Assembly: GCA_951406725.2 (NCBI GenBank)
Contig: OX597829.1
Location: forward strand, 8,680,001-8,744,000
From: Octopus vulgaris
Lineage: Eukaryota
DNA: 64,000 nucleotides
Direction: 5' to 3'
Each line of letters opens with the position of its first letter. Positions within the stretch are counted from its first letter, which is position 1. Both the position numbers and the translations under genes were made by a program. Of this stretch, positions 1 through 12,237 are shown in pieces. The notes beneath the pieces are model-generated. The model was not told the DNA's origin, did no database searches, and saw only the letters and a program-made list of their open reading frames with translations.

Positions 1-560
1 TGAACAAACGAGAAAGTAAAGCATTTAAGCTCCTCAGATGCAACCGCAAATTCCCGTTATATAACACTTCTGTGTTACGTAATCAGCAGCCACCCAAATA
101 TACAGATACCACCCTCTACTGCTACATGATCTTGTTACTGAACAGTATGCACTGACAATTCCACACACAAACAAAAAAAATTGCCATAGGATAAGTGAAT
201 AACAAAAAGAAAAAGAAAAAAAACCTTTGTTATTGAGTAGACATTAAGCTGAAAGAATATTGGGGCAAATATAACAGTTATTTGGGACAGAAAAGAAAGC
301 GATGCGTATAGATATACGGGTTAGCTACTCTGAAGATTAGAGTATCTCTTGCAAAGTATGCGAAATAGAGAATATCTACAGACAAATGGATGGAATCCTG
401 TAGCACATCTGACGGGTTTGTAAATTCCCACTTATAGCAACATTATTGGGGCAATCGGGTATGTTAGTACATGTCTGAGTGACAAACTGAAAAAGCGAGG
501 AGATCGGGTATAGAGAGAAACTGGTTATCAGGCGGTTTTGGGATGTAATCGGTATGAATT
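1..560 (+). mobile_element. Highly degenerate 3' fragment of a REL-endonuclease (R4/NeSL-like) non-LTR retrotransposon
   Basis: Broken-frame residues resembling the C-terminal REL region (KEYW, VIWD, IIGAIGYV, terminal R..LGM-stop near 530-548). No intact ORF. Confidence 0.35.
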
Positions 561-1174
561 ACTTTTCTAAAGTTTAATAGGCAACAGATATTAATGTGTT
601 ATAAAAATTACAGTGAGAGAGCTTTTGTTTTATTTTTTGTTAAAAACTACTGTTCATCTTCTATAAAAATAAACTGTTATAAACATACTGCTGGACGGAC
701 CCTATCTAGGTGAGAAGCAGGCTGGTCCGCTATTAATAAATAGTGGACAGACTCAGTAAGTAGTGTCAGTTGCCGCGCTACATGACCTTAAAAAGAACCT
801 GTGTTTTTCAGTGTTGAAGTATTACCGTTGCGGATAAGTTGTCCTTTGTTTAAGGTCCTCTTTAGCGGGGTTACCTGTTGTTGGAATTGTTAAATCTTTG
901 TTGATTTATTGTTATATTGTTTGCTTTTGTTTCTTTTCTCTCCTAGTGTGGGCGAACATTGCAGTGAGCAGTGGAAGAATTGCAGAAACGTGTCGGGAGC
1001 TACGCTTCAGTAGCAGGTCGAGAGAATATAACAGCTACTGTGAGATAACTGGAAGTCAAGGAAGTACCTGTCGACTTTGAATTAGTAAGAAGCTACCAGA
1101 AGTTAATCCAAAGAGAGGGGACAAGATTAAAACTGACCCCGCCCGAAGATATAACTAGAGGCAAAAAGGAAAAA

Positions 1175-2359
1175 ATGGTGGTATATAGAACCCTATCACT
1201 GACAAGCAAGAAGGTAGAAATGGCTAGCGAGAAAGGTATAGAAGAGTACTTAAAAGATATAAAAAGTAAAGTTGAATTTTACTGCAGGGGAAGAAAGTTT
1301 GGTACAGTGGAGGTGCGCTTTCCTACTGTGGAAGAGGCTGTAAAGTACTCCACTGTAACATTGCAAACAAACAAATGGGTACTCCTGCCAACATATCCCG
1401 GGAAAAGAGTGGCGAGAGTGAGGATTGGCAGGGTACCCTCTGAGATTAGTGAGATGTGGCTGCTTCCAGCAATCTTAATAGAAACAAAGGAGAAGCCAGA
1501 AGTGGTGGGGATATGGCCTGGAAATCATAATCCAGGTCATCTCACTGGACCTAGAGGAAATTGCTGAAGAGATTAAGTTGTTAGATATGAAGCTGCGAGC
1601 AGTGGTGGAGAGAAGGCCTCCCACCTGCTGCTACTGCAGAAAGAAGGGCCACATTAAGGCGAACTGCTCCCTTCTTAACAGCCAAGTACCAGTAGAGGAG
1701 ATACCAGAAGAAAATAGCAGAGACGAGAAATCAAAGGAAAATATGGAAGAAGCAAATGTAGAAAGTAGAGATGAAGGAGTCCAGGAAATACAGAATAGAA
1801 AGAGGAAGGTCATTAAAAACTCTCCACCCCCGAAGAAAAAGAAGGAAGTAACATACAAACGCCCACACAGTGTATCACATTACGGCAAACACACAAGAAT
1901 ATTCCAGACAGCCAAGAATCCCCAGTCAAATATACACAAGCACGCACTGACAGCCCAGCAACTCCAGTCAAGTATACACAAGCACTCACAGACGGCCCAG
2001 AATCTTCAGGTTAGTATACACAAGTAAACACAGACAGTACACAGTCTCCAGATGAATATAGACAAGCAGACACACGAGCATTACAGACCAATTATAAACA
2101 TAGGGCGTATCTAACGAACTATTGGACGAGCGAGTCCATTGAGGAAAAAATTGCAAAAATGAAGTTGATAATAAGAATTGTAGAAGAGGAAAATATACGC
2201 GTATCAGGCATGGAGTGTATATTAATAAACATAAAAAGTTACAAAAACTTAGAGGCAAGTTTTGGCAATGACGGGAACCCACTAGGGCAGGAGGTAAGAT
2301 ATGATCATCTGCCACCTGTGATGGAATTTGAACAACTCAGATCATATTTTATATATTAA
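1175..2359 (+). pseudogene. Tx1-like ORF1 (gag-like nucleic-acid-binding protein), frameshifted
   Basis: RGRKFGTVEVRF...LLPTYPGKRVARVRIGRVP matches RGNKFVTIEVRF...IPTYLGRRVAKIKIKKVP (21428-21823) and KGRKYGT (41.2 kb). CCHC knuckle CCYCRKKGHIKANC in 1578-2027. Confidence 0.8.
1893..2075 (+). repeat. 42-bp tandem repeat (about 4 copies) in the ORF1 C-terminal region
   Basis: Unit like ACAAGCACGCACTGACAGCCCAGCAACTCCAGTCAAGTATAC; 14-aa periodicity IHKH..TAQ.LQ.S in the ORF track. Confidence 0.8.
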
Positions 2360-2875
2360 GATAAATTAAATTAATAAACTTTGGTATAAATAAAAAGAGA
2401 AAAAATATAGTTAAAATGGTACTACTCGAAAGTGGGATTCGAGTAGCCATTACACCATCTATTATAGAAATCCATTTCATTCAATAGTTAATGTTTTATG
2501 TCTCCACTTGTGCTGTTTTGTCTGTCCTTGTCTGTCCCCACTGCGCAGGGTACACTGGCCAATAAAAGGAACAGTCGGCGAGGTACGCGAATAGTGTCGT
2601 ACGAGCGGTAAGTTCATTTGAACGAGAAATTGTGTTTTGTTGGTCTTCCTTTTCAAAAGTATTCTTGAATTGTTGTTGTTTAAATGGTTTACCTTGTTGG
2701 CAAGTGTTGTTTTTGAACTTGTGTTCCTTCCTCCTACGGGGAAGGGGGAGCGAGTTTGTAATATTTACTATAATTGTGAATTATGGTCTGGTTTGGATAA
2801 TTTTTATTGAACTGTGTTCCTTCCCCAGACAGTGAAAGGATTTGAACTGTTTATTATTGTGTTTCTCTTACGAGA

Positions 2876-3032
2876 AACTAACCCTAAAACTAACCCTAAC
2901 CCTAACGCTAACCATAACCGTAACCCTAGCGCTAAACCTAACGCTAACCCTAAAACTAAACCTAACCTGAACACTAATCCTAACCCTAACCCTAAAACTA
3001 ACCCTAACACTAACACTAACCCTAACACTAAC
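2876..3032 (+). repeat. Degenerate interstitial telomere-type (CCCTAA)n array
   Basis: About 26 hexamers: ACCCTA, AAACTA, ACGCTA, ACACTA variants. Confidence 0.9.
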
Positions 3033-3427
3033 GAGTGTGCACAGAAACGAAAACCTGATTAAAAACAAGAATTTGCAAGCAATATTGTTGGGCTCCTTGT
3101 ATCATTAATAATATCTGACTGGTAAAAGTAAATTATCTCCCCCTGTATCATCCGACATGTTTGTTTATATTCGCGAGTGCCCGTTTTCTGTTTGTTTTAT
3201 ATTTTCGTATAAAATATTTAAAAATGGATGAATCTTTCTAATTTTTTGCATGCATCACTAATTTTGTATATATTTCCCATTTTCATAATTTTTTAAAAAT
3301 TGTATTTCATTTTCTTGGAGAGGTAAGTTTCTAAATGAGCTCCAAAAAAAAATACTGAAAAACAAAATATCTTATAAAACTCTAACACAGAACTGAAATA
3401 CACACAGTGGAAAATAGTATAAGTGCG

Positions 3428-3620
3428 TGTGAAGGATTTACGCCAGATCGCTATATGTAGTAGCGCAAACGGTAAACAATGTAGATTGGTACGACCTGCG
3501 GCATTTTGAAAAGAAAAAATATGGTTATGTGTGGGACAAAGAATAATAATAACAACAAGTCTGTGCGAAGGATTTAAGCCGGGTCGCTAGACCGGTACTA
3601 CCTGCGGTACTTTGAAAGAA

Positions 3621-3625
<5 letters not shown>
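3428..3625 (+). repeat. Imperfect direct repeat pair
   Basis: GTGTGAAGGATTTACGCCAGATCGCTA...GGTACGACCTGCGGCATTTTGAAAAGAAAAA recurs as GTGCGAAGGATTTAAGCCGGGTCGCTA...GGTACTACCTGCGGTACTTTGAAAGAAAAA. Confidence 0.7.
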
Positions 3626-3684
<59 letters not shown>

Positions 3685-3708
3685 AATAATATAAATATAT
3701 ATATGTAC

Positions 3709-3778
<70 letters not shown>

Positions 3779-4389
3779 ATACTTGTATTTATATATGTAT
3801 AAATGTACATACAAAAAAGGGTGAAATATAATTAATTTAATAAAATCAATAAATTTCCCCTAGTAGATTAACGGTATGGAAAAGACCATATTTGGTAAGA
3901 ATTATATTAATTGTGATAAAGGGTTAATTGCAACAAGTTGCTCAAAACCACATACCGAAAATATTAGAAATAGCAGCCAAATAGATCACTATTTCTCCTA
4001 CTAATAAAAAAGTCTCCACAAACAAACAGAATTTGTAACCCGTATATGGTAAAGAGAAAGAAAATAACGAAATCCCAGCCTATGGATTAATTATAGACGA
4101 ATCGTTTCTGGATTAGAACCGAAGGTTCATTTCCTTGTCAATATAAAATTTCCTATAAATCTAGAAATGCTAGGAAAAAGACTCACCCATTACACCGGCT
4201 CGACCAAGCGACATCGAACGATCTAACGGACTTCTAGCATCTCTACATTTATATAGACAGGCGAATTCGTATCTCCCTCCAAAATTACCACGTGAGTTAC
4301 AAAAACATTACCAACGAAACGAAGTTTCGTAAATTTCTTGTATATTGAATACTATTGCTCCCTTGCGTAATGTCGTATGGTGTTGTGTA

Positions 4390-4880
4390 GAGAGAGAAGA
4401 TGAGGGGGAGAGGGGAGGGAGAGATGAGGGAGAGAGGGGAGGAGAGATGAGAAGGGAGGAGGAGGGGAAGAGATGGGAGAAGGAAAGAGGAGAAGAAGAG
4501 GGAGGAGGGAGAAGAGGAAAGGTGAGAGTGAGGAGGGTGAGATGAGGGGAAGGGGAAGAAGGAAAAAGGAGGGGGGCTGAGATGAGATGAGGGGGGAGGG
4601 TGAGAGGGGGAATGAAAGAGGAGAAGAGGAGGGAGGAGGGGGAAATGGGGAGAAGGAAGGAGAGGAGAAGAGGAGGGGAGGGGAAAGGAGGGGAGAGGAG
4701 GAGGGGAGGATAGGGGAGGATAGGGGGAGGGGAGAAAGAGAGAAGGGGAGTGAGGGAGCAGAGAGAAAGAGTGAAGGGGAAGAGGGAAGAAGAAAGAGGA
4801 AAGAAGAGGGTAGGGGTGATAAGATGAAGGACTGAAGAGAAGTAGGAGTCGGGGGGAGGTTAGATGAGGAGGGGGGAGAG
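4390..4880. repeat. About 500-bp purine-rich (G/A) low-complexity tract
   Basis: Almost exclusively G/A on the + strand; lies immediately downstream of the Penelope-like ORF (pyrimidine tract in element orientation). Confidence 0.9.
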
Positions 4881-4917
4881 TTGAGACCAAATGGCGTAAA
4901 AGAGCGAAGAGAGAAGA

Positions 4918-5971
4918 TTAATCCCTGTTCACAGCGCAAACGGGAATCCGGGTAGCCTCTGTGCAGGACAAACCGAACACAGACAGGTGTTGCAAGGAGT
5001 GACCGGTGGAGCGGAAATGGCGTGAGACCGGTGTGTCGTTGGCAAGGCAGATGTCACGGAGGTGTTCCGCGAACCGGTCAGCCAAGCGGCGTCCCGTTTG
5101 TCCGATGTACAGGGAATGGCAGAGAGAGCAAGAGATGCAATAGATGATATTGCTGGAGGTGCAGGTGAAGGAGTTGATGATGCGATAGGGTCGATGATGG
5201 GTGCCAGTGAGGAGGGTGGTGTTGGAGAGGTAAGGGCAAGTGCGGCAACGTGGATGGGAGCAGGGGAACGAGCCAGGTTGGGAGGTAGGGTCAGGGAAGG
5301 AGCTGTGGACCAAAATGTCTCGTAGGTTATGGGCTCGTTTGAAGAAGGGGAGGGGTCGGTTAGGGAAGAGGTGTGAAGTGGACGGGTCGGACTGGAGATG
5401 CCGGAAAGCTCGAAGAATGGTGCATTGGAGAGGTAGGGTTGTGGGGTGGTAAGTGAGGGGAAACGGGAGGCGAGAGACTACAGGGTGGGTTCGGGGGGAG
5501 AGAGCAGATGCACGGTCTACGGAACGTGCTCTAGCAAGGGCGGTGTTGATAGTGGTGAGGGGGTATCCACGTAGGATGAAGTGGTGAGTCATGCGTTGAG
5601 ACTGAGTCTCAAAGTCGTGGTCGTCACTACAGAGCCTACGTAGACGGAGGAATTGGGAATAGGGGATGGAAAGCTTGGTGTGTTTGGGGTGGGAGGAAGA
5701 GAAGTTTAGGTATGAGTGTGAGTCTGTGTGTTTGTAGTGAATGGAGGTGGTAAGAGTGGAGTGATGAATGCTGACCGAAATGTCGAGGAAGGAGACAGAG
5801 GTGTTGGAGATAGTGGAGGTGAAGTGGAGGGCAGGATGGAAGGATTGAACGAAAGAGAGGAAGGAATCTAGATGTTCACGGGAGAGTGAGGGGGCACCGA
5901 TAATGTCGTCAATGTAACGACCGTATAGTTCGGGAGTGTGACCAGTGAAATTAGATAACATTTGGGCCTCA

Positions 5972-5975
<4 letters not shown>
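4918..5975 (-). mobile_element. 5'-truncated Penelope-like element, Neptune-type: RT C-terminus, Cys linker and GIY-YIG endonuclease
   Basis: 353-aa open frame with YGRYIDD (RT catalytic), FLD, SYLNFSSSHP, SIPYSQFLRLRRLCS, linker CSHPRCRTC, and NIIYCISC..C..LYIGQTGRRLADRFAEH (GIY-YIG). 5' end abuts (CA)n(TA)n. Confidence 0.92.
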
Positions 5976-6008
<33 letters not shown>

Positions 6009-6189
6009 CGCATTCACAAACATTACAGCAGTTTTGAGACTTATTTATGAGAGGCGTTATAATTACTACATTATTATAATTTTAGTGTTATACAACGAAT
6101 AATCTAACCCGCCAGATTATATTATTCTAAATTGAAGAAGATAACTGTGACATTATTTGAACACAGGAGACTAGTTTCAAGAATGCAGG

Positions 6190-6360
6190 ACACTCGTTAT
6201 GAAATAAAAATTATATGTTAAACTCGGTAAAACTGCCCCAGACTACTTATCGGTAAACTTGCATGAAGTGAGCATCTTCTGAAAATTTAGCTCTTATGGG
6301 AGCAGACGATCTTGCTCAAGCTAGTGTCGTGCAATTTAATTCTATCTTTAAAGATACTAA
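6190..6360 (+). mobile_element. Very old mariner transposase N-terminal relic
   Basis: VKLGKTA and YGADDLAQA resemble mariner HTH IKFCVKLGK.ATET...AYG...LS. Confidence 0.35.
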
Positions 6361-6843
6361 AATGATTTCCCAGCCTACATTTTGAAGTTTGTCGAGGTTG
6401 TACCGATATAGAAGTAGGAATTTCCTTTATGCATAATTTTGCATCAGTTTACGAAAATTTTTCGCATACACTCTGTATTTGCAGGACAAATTTATCATTA
6501 CCTTAGTGCTTCTTATTACTTGATGCGACTAACCGGAACCTAGACTATGTCCGCAAGTTCTTACCAGACCCGCCTGGATCGTTTATCCCTATATACTCAT
6601 CATATACACTTGCACACAGACACACGCACACACACATATGTATATATGTACCTAGGTATATATGTATATATGTGTGTATATTATGACGGATAATGTTTTA
6701 TATTAAATTATATCCCATTATCCAAAATCACATGTCGTCAAACAACCAGAATTGTTGCAATTAAAGCAATAAAAGTTTCCTTGAAATATTATTAGTTATT
6801 AGTAAATCTTCTTTGTGGCTGTCGATTTGCTAGAAACAGCAGC

Positions 6844-6889
6844 CACGTATCTTTAAAATCCCGCTAGAGCGGGATTTTAATGATACGTG
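6844..6889. repeat. Near-perfect 22-bp-arm hairpin
   Basis: CACGTATCTTTAAAATCCCGCT-AG-AGCGGGATTTTAATGATACGTG, one mismatch. Confidence 0.9.
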
Positions 6890-7309
6890 AGTGGTGAAGA
6901 AAATGCAATACTTAATACCTAATGTAATCAGGAATAAACCATTTACACATGTATGTGATATTAAGAGCTTGATTTTCTCTGGTAACAGGTCTGCTGGATC
7001 TGCGACTGAGCAACTTGTATCTATATGATTGACCTCCGGAAAGATGAAAAGCCAGAGTTAACCTCGCCCGAATTTCAAGTGAGGAGGGGAAGGGGAAGTA
7101 ACTTCACACTGCGTAACTTGATGCCTGCTCTGTTACCAACCTTGTCAATACATCATCATACTAAGATTTAGTACAGAAAGGGTTAATTACACATTGCATT
7201 AATACTGACATAAACAAAGTAAAAAAAAACATAACAAGATATATCATATCATATATATTTGTATGTGTGTGCGTGTGCGCCCGTTAATCGTCTACTTAAG
7301 TGTTACTCA

Positions 7310-7890
7310 TCAATAGGCTTGGTTATATGGTTAATAAGTTCGCTTTGAAACCATGTGATGCTTTCTTGGTTTCATGGCACCTTAGGTGTCATAATCAATG
7401 CTTTTTCTTTAGTAGAATTTAGTACAAAAGCTGTGTGGCTGCTGAGAGTGCACACGCACACACGCTCACACACACACAAACACAGATTGTAAGTATAATT
7501 TAAAGATCCAACTTGAAACATTGTACCTGAAAAATTGTATCAAGAGTGCATGTATCTGTGGAATACACAACCACTTGCAAGCTAATTCATTAATGAACCT
7601 GATAATCCAATTAATAGATCAATTGAACCCTCATGGTCGGAAATCCTGACCGAAGTCAAATGCACACTCACGTACACACGCAAACATACATGCATACAAA
7701 CATACATACATAATTTCTAACATATACGTCTGAGATGAATGTAATACGATAGATGAACAGCCCCAATAAAAAGAAGTCGATAAAATAAGTTCTTGATTAA
7801 GTACCTGAGTCCGATATCTATCATTAAAAACCCGTGAAGGCGGTGCCCTAGCGTAGCCACAAAAAACTAACGACTGAAACTAGTAACAAA
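7310..7890 (+). mobile_element. Cluster of degenerate SINE fragments
   Basis: Decayed tRNA-like head (7310-7390); segment similar to the 3' part of the SINE at 55748-56113 (7545-7650); tail GGCGGTGCCCTAGCGTAGCCAC...GACTGAAACTAGTAA like the SINE at 44867. Confidence 0.55.
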
Positions 7891-8946
7891 AGGTATATGA
7901 TTATGCACGAAACCAGGATTTCAATAAAATACTCTTGACAGCTCGTCAGCCTTCTAATGTATTTATGCATTTGTATGCATGGACGTGTTTATCGGTGTGT
8001 GTGTGTGTGCGCGCGCGTGTGTGTGTGCGTGCATGTGCATCTGGTGTATATGTGCAAATTCACAGGTATTTATCGACATGTATGTATGTATGTATGTGTT
8101 AGTGTGTGTATGTGTTAGTGTGTGTGTGTGTATGTCTGTTATGTGTAACCGTGTGTGTAAGTGTATGTGTCAGTGTGAACATTTTACAATCCGCGCGTTA
8201 TTTGTATTAATGTATGAGTACGCATGTATTTTTCTTGAGCACCTATCGTTTTGTGCTTCAGTGTGTTTGTGTATGTGAGTGTGTACATGTGTTGTGTTAT
8301 GGTGTGTGTATTTATTTGGTTGTGTACCTATTTCTTCACTCAAGCATATACATACATAGAGATGACACCTGCTACGAAATAACTGTTGCTGCAGTAAACG
8401 TATATTTAATCAATTTAAACTTATTTATTTATTTCTGGTATTTATTCTTTCTTTTTCTATTCATTTATATTTTTCTTCACTTTATATGTCCATGCTTGTA
8501 TTTGCATTTACACTAATCTGTTTATTTATATCTGTATTTTAGTTTCAAGACATCCTAACCTATCTTGTCTAAGTAGCGATTTAAAAGTGAATTTATCTCT
8601 TAAGGAATTACTGTTTGTGCCAGATATATTTTTTATTTTTTTCGCCTGTCTGGTAGAACTTAATTTGCGTGCGAGAATATACACATTTCTGTATGCGCAT
8701 GCGTGCGTGTGTGAAAGCGTGTAAATGTGTGAGTGAGTGTGAGCGTGATATGGTTGTTTATGAGTGTATGAGTAGGTTCTTTAATGTAGTGGGCGTATGT
8801 ACACAAGTCTAAGCTTTTTGCAGAAATTTTCTGTTTCATAAAACTTCTTATATTTGAAAGTAAGTGGCACTAATCTATGAAAGATTACACACACGCCTCC
8901 TCCCTACTCACACAAACCCGCACCCACATTCAGACACACATAAACG

Positions 8947-9007
<61 letters not shown>

Positions 9008-9025
9008 GTATATATATGTATATGT

Positions 9026-9081
<56 letters not shown>

Positions 9082-9091
9082 ATATATATAC

Positions 9092-9142
<51 letters not shown>

Positions 9143-9253
9143 TATATGTATATATATATATGTATATGTGCGCGCGCATGTATATGAGGTGTGTGTGAAT
9201 GATACAGTAAATATTTCGGAATTTAACTTCCAAGGGAAAAATAAAAGGAATTG

Positions 9254-9290
9254 TGGTCTGATGAGGATTTAGGTGGCCGAAACTTCTTGC
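9254..9290 (+). ncRNA. Degenerate hammerhead-ribozyme-like motif
   Basis: CTGATGA(9258-9264)-GGATTTAGGTGGCC-GAAAC(9279-9283), followed by AATAAA; stems imperfect. Confidence 0.35.
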
Positions 9291-9369
9291 TAAATAAATC
9301 TGTAGCCTACATGATATATTGAGGAATTTTTCAGTTTAAGGTAAAACTTTTTATTATTACAAATATCAA

Positions 9370-9471
<102 letters not shown>

Positions 9472-9571
9472 GAAAGAGAGAGAGAGAGAGAGAGAGAGAT
9501 GAATACACACGCGCGCGCACACACATATGTATATATATATATATATATATATGAGTACGCATATCTACGTT

Positions 9572-9625
<54 letters not shown>

Positions 9626-9872
9626 AACGTAGATTAGACGAAAGCTTTAGCGACTGAAGAAGGGGTTTTTTCGTTGTGTTAATTGTCCTGTACTCCATTT
9701 TTTGTTGTTTTTAAAAAAATGTCCAGTTCCTTTGGTTTGTGTCTATGTTTTCGTTTCTCTTCGTGTTCGACGTCCCTTTGGTGTCCTGTACTCATATATG
9801 CGTGTATATGTACATGTAGAGGTAGGTACGTACATATATGTTTATATATATGCATATGTTTTATTTCATTTA

Positions 9873-9913
<41 letters not shown>

Positions 9914-10029
9914 TCTAGCATATTACTCTACCACTGGTATTTGAGTACTCTTTTTTCCACCTTGTTTCACATTTATGTGTTTACTCCGGTCTATATATAT
10001 TTTTTTTTTTTTTTTTTTTTTATTTTTCC

Positions 10030-10230
10030 AGTTTCAGCTATTGAGCTGTGGCCATGCTGGGGCACCGCCATTGTGGTGAAAGAGTACAGCAGGGATCACC
10101 ACCCCCTGCCGGAGCCTCGTAGAGCTTTTTTTAGGTGTTTTCGCTCAATAAACACACACAACGCCCGGTCTGAGAATCGAAACCGCGTTCCTGCGACCGC
10201 GAGTCCGCTGCCCTAACCACTAGGCCATTG
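10030..10230 (-). mobile_element. tRNA-derived SINE 5' half joined to the tail of a second SINE family
   Basis: Minus strand TGGCCTAGTGGTTAGGGCAGCGGACTCGCGGTCG...GGTTTCGATTC (A box, TCG anticodon-like loop, B box); colinear with 55748-55900. Confidence 0.85.
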
Positions 10231-10878
10231 TATATAACATATACATATATACATGTATATTTAGTAACTTCATATAGTAGTTATGGCTAAAGTTACGAAA
10301 ATTTGCTGCTACATTTACTACATTTAATCACATGCTACATTTACAGTCACATGCAATATACATACACAAACAAGAATCTCTAATACACATGCGCACAAAT
10401 AGTGTAGTATAAGAATTTGAACCTGATTCCTTTAGAACCCTGTATCATTCATTATATGATGTACACTATGTACATACATGACCGTACAAATATCTGCATG
10501 TGTATGTGCCCGTGTCTGCCTCGTTAGGTACAAAATTTCAGAGGATATATCAATTAACGCTTATATGACAAATATTTCAATAATAAAATTATATAATTCT
10601 CACCCCCCCCCTATATATATATATATATATATATATATTATGTACCAAAGACTGGTTATTTACATTTACTTATGAAATTTCTCATCAAACGTGATATCAT
10701 GAAATCTCGTCTCTGAAGAAAATTTCAGATTCATCCTTATTGTCAAAATACGAGTAAATAATTTGAAAATAATCGCATGAAACCATTCGTATCATATAAA
10801 TATGTGTGTATATGAGCGCGAGCGCGCGTGTGTTTGTGTGTGTGTGCGCATGTGTCTCTGGCTCTGTCTGTCTGCCTG

Positions 10879-10921
<43 letters not shown>

Positions 10922-11027
10922 GCATATATATATAAAGAGAGAGAGAGAGGGAGAGGGAGACAGGCAGACAGACAGAGACAGAGACACATGCGCACACAGA
11001 CACAAACAAACGCGTGAGCTCATATAG

Positions 11028-11098
<71 letters not shown>

Positions 11099-11105
11099 TA
11101 TAGAT

Positions 11106-11138
<33 letters not shown>

Positions 11139-11380
11139 ATGACAGACAGAGAGAGTGAGAGAGAGAGAGGGAGAAAACAAAGGAAATAAATAAGACTATT
11201 AAATGTTCAATCCTTATTCAAACCTATACTTTTATATACGCCACTCACGCGACACGTGTGTGTGGGAGTGTATGTTTGTGTGTGGGAGTGTATATGTGTG
11301 TGGGAGTGTATATGTGTATAGGAGTGTATGTGTGTGCGTGTGTGATTATGAATCTATGTATGTATTTAATCATACATACA

Positions 11381-11460
<80 letters not shown>

Positions 11461-11886
11461 TGTATGTATGTATGTATGTATGTATGTATGTATGCATATA
11501 TGCAATTTTATATAAGTGTGTTAGTGTGTATGCATATGTATATATATATAATATATGTATATCTATGCATATATATATTCATACACACACACACACGCAT
11601 ATATATATATATATATATGTACACACATATATATTGAAATGCAGACAAGGAGATTATATGAGTGGGTGTATAAATGGAATTGCGACGCAATTTAGGCATG
11701 CGGAGATGACAAATACCATAGAATTTTATATGTATTTTAATTCTTTATTTATTATTCTAGAGTTTGTTATTTCTGTGAACTTTTCTGGTAACAGCTTTAA
11801 AACCAAATGTTTATTTTTAAGCTGTAGTAGCTCGCAAGGGCAACAGGGCTCACATATATAAATAAACAACTCCGAAAATGTATGTA

Positions 11887-11920
<34 letters not shown>

Positions 11921-12145
11921 TACATACACACTCACACACACCTGCACACACAAACACACACACATATATATATATACATACATATATCTATATGCTACAC
12001 ACACACACACACATATATATATACACACACTCACACATAAATATGTATGTATATACACGCTTGTAATATTGCACATTTTTACATATGAATGTTTATTTTT
12101 GTATATGTATACGTGTATAAAATTATATATGTATGTGTGTCTGTA

Positions 12146-12177
<32 letters not shown>

Positions 12178-12237
12178 CATATATATATATGTATATATAC
12201 ATATAAAGAGAGAGACAGATATAAACAAATATAGATG

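Larger units (their letters stand above)
680..2570 (+). mobile_element. Tx1-like LINE derivative with ORF1 and a 3' end but no recognisable ORF2
   Basis: ORF1 homology to the other Tx1 copies in the window. 3' end TGTCCC...TGGCCAATAAA (2556-2566) matches the 3' end of the copy at 29273 (minus strand GTGGCCAATAAA). 5' boundary approximate. Confidence 0.6.

Noticed and set aside
1893-2075. CRISPR-like array
   Set aside because: Contiguous tandem units without unique spacers, inside a eukaryotic LINE ORF.
2804-3068. NPNP/LGLG repeat ORFs
   Set aside because: Translation of the telomere-like hexamer array.
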